Shown here: piece after piece, positions 61,982-64,000 of the stretch
Layout of the letters: the number at the start of each line of letters is the position of its first letter
Position numbering within the stretch: position 1 is the first letter of the stretch
Assembly (NCBI GenBank): GCA_973895155.1
Contig: OZ316895.1
Location: 9,660,184-9,724,183 of the forward strand
DNA length: 64,000 nt
Direction of reading: 5' to 3'
DNA from: Marsupella aquatica
Lineage: Eukaryota; Plantae; Marchantiophyta
Translations under genes and position numbers: made by a program
The notes under the pieces: model-generated
The model's database searches: none
Told to the model about the DNA's origin: nothing
Seen by the model: the letters and a program-made list of their open reading frames with translations, nothing else

Positions 61982-64000
61982 TCATTTAAATCCCTGGCCA
62001 ACTACTGTAAGAACCATAACAGTCATAGCTGCGAAAGACAACCGTCTAAGCCGCTGTTGCAGGCACAGCAGCTCTGTTTTATCTTTAAAATCAGAAACAG
62101 TGCCCCCGGCTGGCAAACGCAACATTACTTTCCTAACACTTTGAATAGCTGCCGAGAGGACCACAAGCGCAACCCCTCTTATGAGTCCAAACAGCTTCGA
62201 ACTGTCGAAAGTAGGATTAACAGACAACATACGTGCAACGATGTGCAGAGTCACCGCGACCCCAACCCCCGCAAACCCAACAGCCACTTGGTTAAAAACT
62301 ACCAACAATTCCCCACCGAAATTCGTCCTCATTGCCAGAACGCTTGCAACACCTGAGCACTTGTGTGAGATTGGAAGGTCAAAGAACATATCGCACAGCT
62401 GGGACTCATTCCGCCTTTCGGTGGTGCCTTTCTTCTTAGAAGCCGACTTTGTACTGCTAGTGCTTCCTCGTACTCGTGGATCTGTCTTTCTCTTCGCGTG
62501 TCTGATAAAGATGCAGTTCAGGACACCGTCAGTATACACCCAACTCATACTAGAAGGAATTCATGAAACTGCACAATACGACCTAAATCCCATCATACAT
62601 CCAAGTGAGAAATAGTAGTCAGGGCTTACTCTGTCGCTGTTGCTGTTGTTTTCTTGGTTTTGGATTTAACTTGTGATTTGTTACTCGTGAGAGCTCCCAC
62701 CGACGTCGCAAGCACTTCCTCTTGCTCCCTGTCAACAGCCACGGCAATTCACAGTCAGACCCCGAGCTACAGTCCACAATTTGCCAGAAGTACACCCATC
62801 CGATTGTAGGCAATCGTCTGGAAGACTCTCGAGGCCTACGCGGCTAAACGTTATGGACCCATGGGCAAAATGGAACAAAATGGAGCAAAACTCCGCGGAA
62901 ATATTGAACTCTCTCACTCCTCTTCGGGCTGATTTCAGCACTGACGATTTGCCACGAAATTCCACTTGAATTATGATTCACTCACCTATCTTCCAACAGG
63001 ACGAACTGATAACAAACCACTAAGATCCCTGAAACGGCACTGAAGTGCAGTTCATAAAACATCATCCTAGACATCGACATGAGCTCGTAAAGATCAACGT
63101 ACCATTCCAACATGGCCTGAATTGATCCAACAGGGAGTGTATCCACGTTTCTGAATGATGGTGCAAAGTGGAGATCGGCTACTGGTACGCTTTCTTCCAC
63201 CACCTCAGTCTTCCTTAAGACGTCTTCTAAAGCGTCCACTTGCGAAGAAGGGACCATGATGAAATCTAGACCTGATATATACTCGGCTCTCCCTGGTCCT
63301 CCTGGCCGAGAGGGGGACTCAGTCTCCTTGACGAAATCCAAAATTGAGGTCTTCGGGGGTTCCAAGTAGAGTCTATCGGACGGGCGAGCCAACCAGGGCA
63401 TTTCAGATGGCGGATCATTCCAGGTAAACTGCGTTATTGTTCTGTCTGTATCTACTGATTGACAGAACTTCGGCTTGAAAGGATGATAAGTGATGCGAGG
63501 ATTGAGTTTCTCATAATTCCCCGACCACTGCATCGGATGTCCCCCAAAATCTTCACATTCATGCTCTGGCTTGAAGTCCACCGACCCTTCTCCCACACCC
63601 AAGTAGTCGTCCAACCTCTTCCACCATTTGTCCATCCGAGACGAAAACCTCTGATAAGGTCTGACACTTCCTTTGCCGTAGCTGCCAACACTCGAAGGAG
63701 GGAGAAATTCGGAGGCAGCTTCTGCTAGCACTTGGCTGATGGTCTTCTCCATGTCCTCTGGGCTCGCGTCGCTATGGAGGCGAATTTCCGATGAAAGCAA
63801 ATCCACCATCCTCTGTTGGCTTCTGTAAGAAACGGGAACCCTGAACAGTTCAACGACGACACGAACGAATGACTCTGCTGAATGACTACGGAACGCCCCG
63901 CCAGTGAGAAATTCAAGTAGCCTATCGAGGTCCCACAAGTCCTCCAGCGCCCCATATTTGAAAGTGATGCATCCATCACCACTCTCTGCAAGTCACCCCG
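61982..64000 (-). CDS. 3' portion of an uncharacterised plant protein with C-terminal transmembrane helices (multi-exon, 5' end outside the window)
   Basis: Long ORFs 62982-63938 and 61982-62548 with plausible donors near 62985 and 62628. Hydrophobic C-terminus (FNQVAVGFAGVGVAV...SKLF...LSAAIQSVR) recalls a conserved plant family of unknown function. Exon limits approximate. Confidence 0.65.

Overview
Eukaryotic nuclear DNA from a land plant, probably a non-seed plant such as a liverwort (inferred from the nuclear plastid rpl5 and the style of the Lhcb gene). Roughly 70% is nested transposable elements. Host genes: a two-exon LHCII Lhcb gene (25793-26884, -), a three-exon plastid ribosomal protein L5 gene (56814-58140, -), and the 3' part of an uncharacterised membrane-protein gene at the right edge. 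Mobile elements: (i) a decayed LTR retrotransposon whose polyprotein carries a C5 cytosine DNA methyltransferase right after the protease (7670-12638), cut by a CCCTGGG-ended DNA transposon; (ii) a full-length L1-type LINE with a 17-bp TSD and a MITE in its endonuclease; (iii) a 23.7-kb Mutator-like element (9-bp TSD) carrying a DUF1917/eIF4E-fold gene; (iv) nested in that gene, an 18.75-kb Ty3/gypsy element with a very unusual layout. Its ~4-kb LTRs each hold an ~890-codon ORF, and its pol is split: a ~1210-codon accessory ORF sits between RNase H and a separately initiated integrase. All calls come from manual reading and motif recognition; no searches were run.
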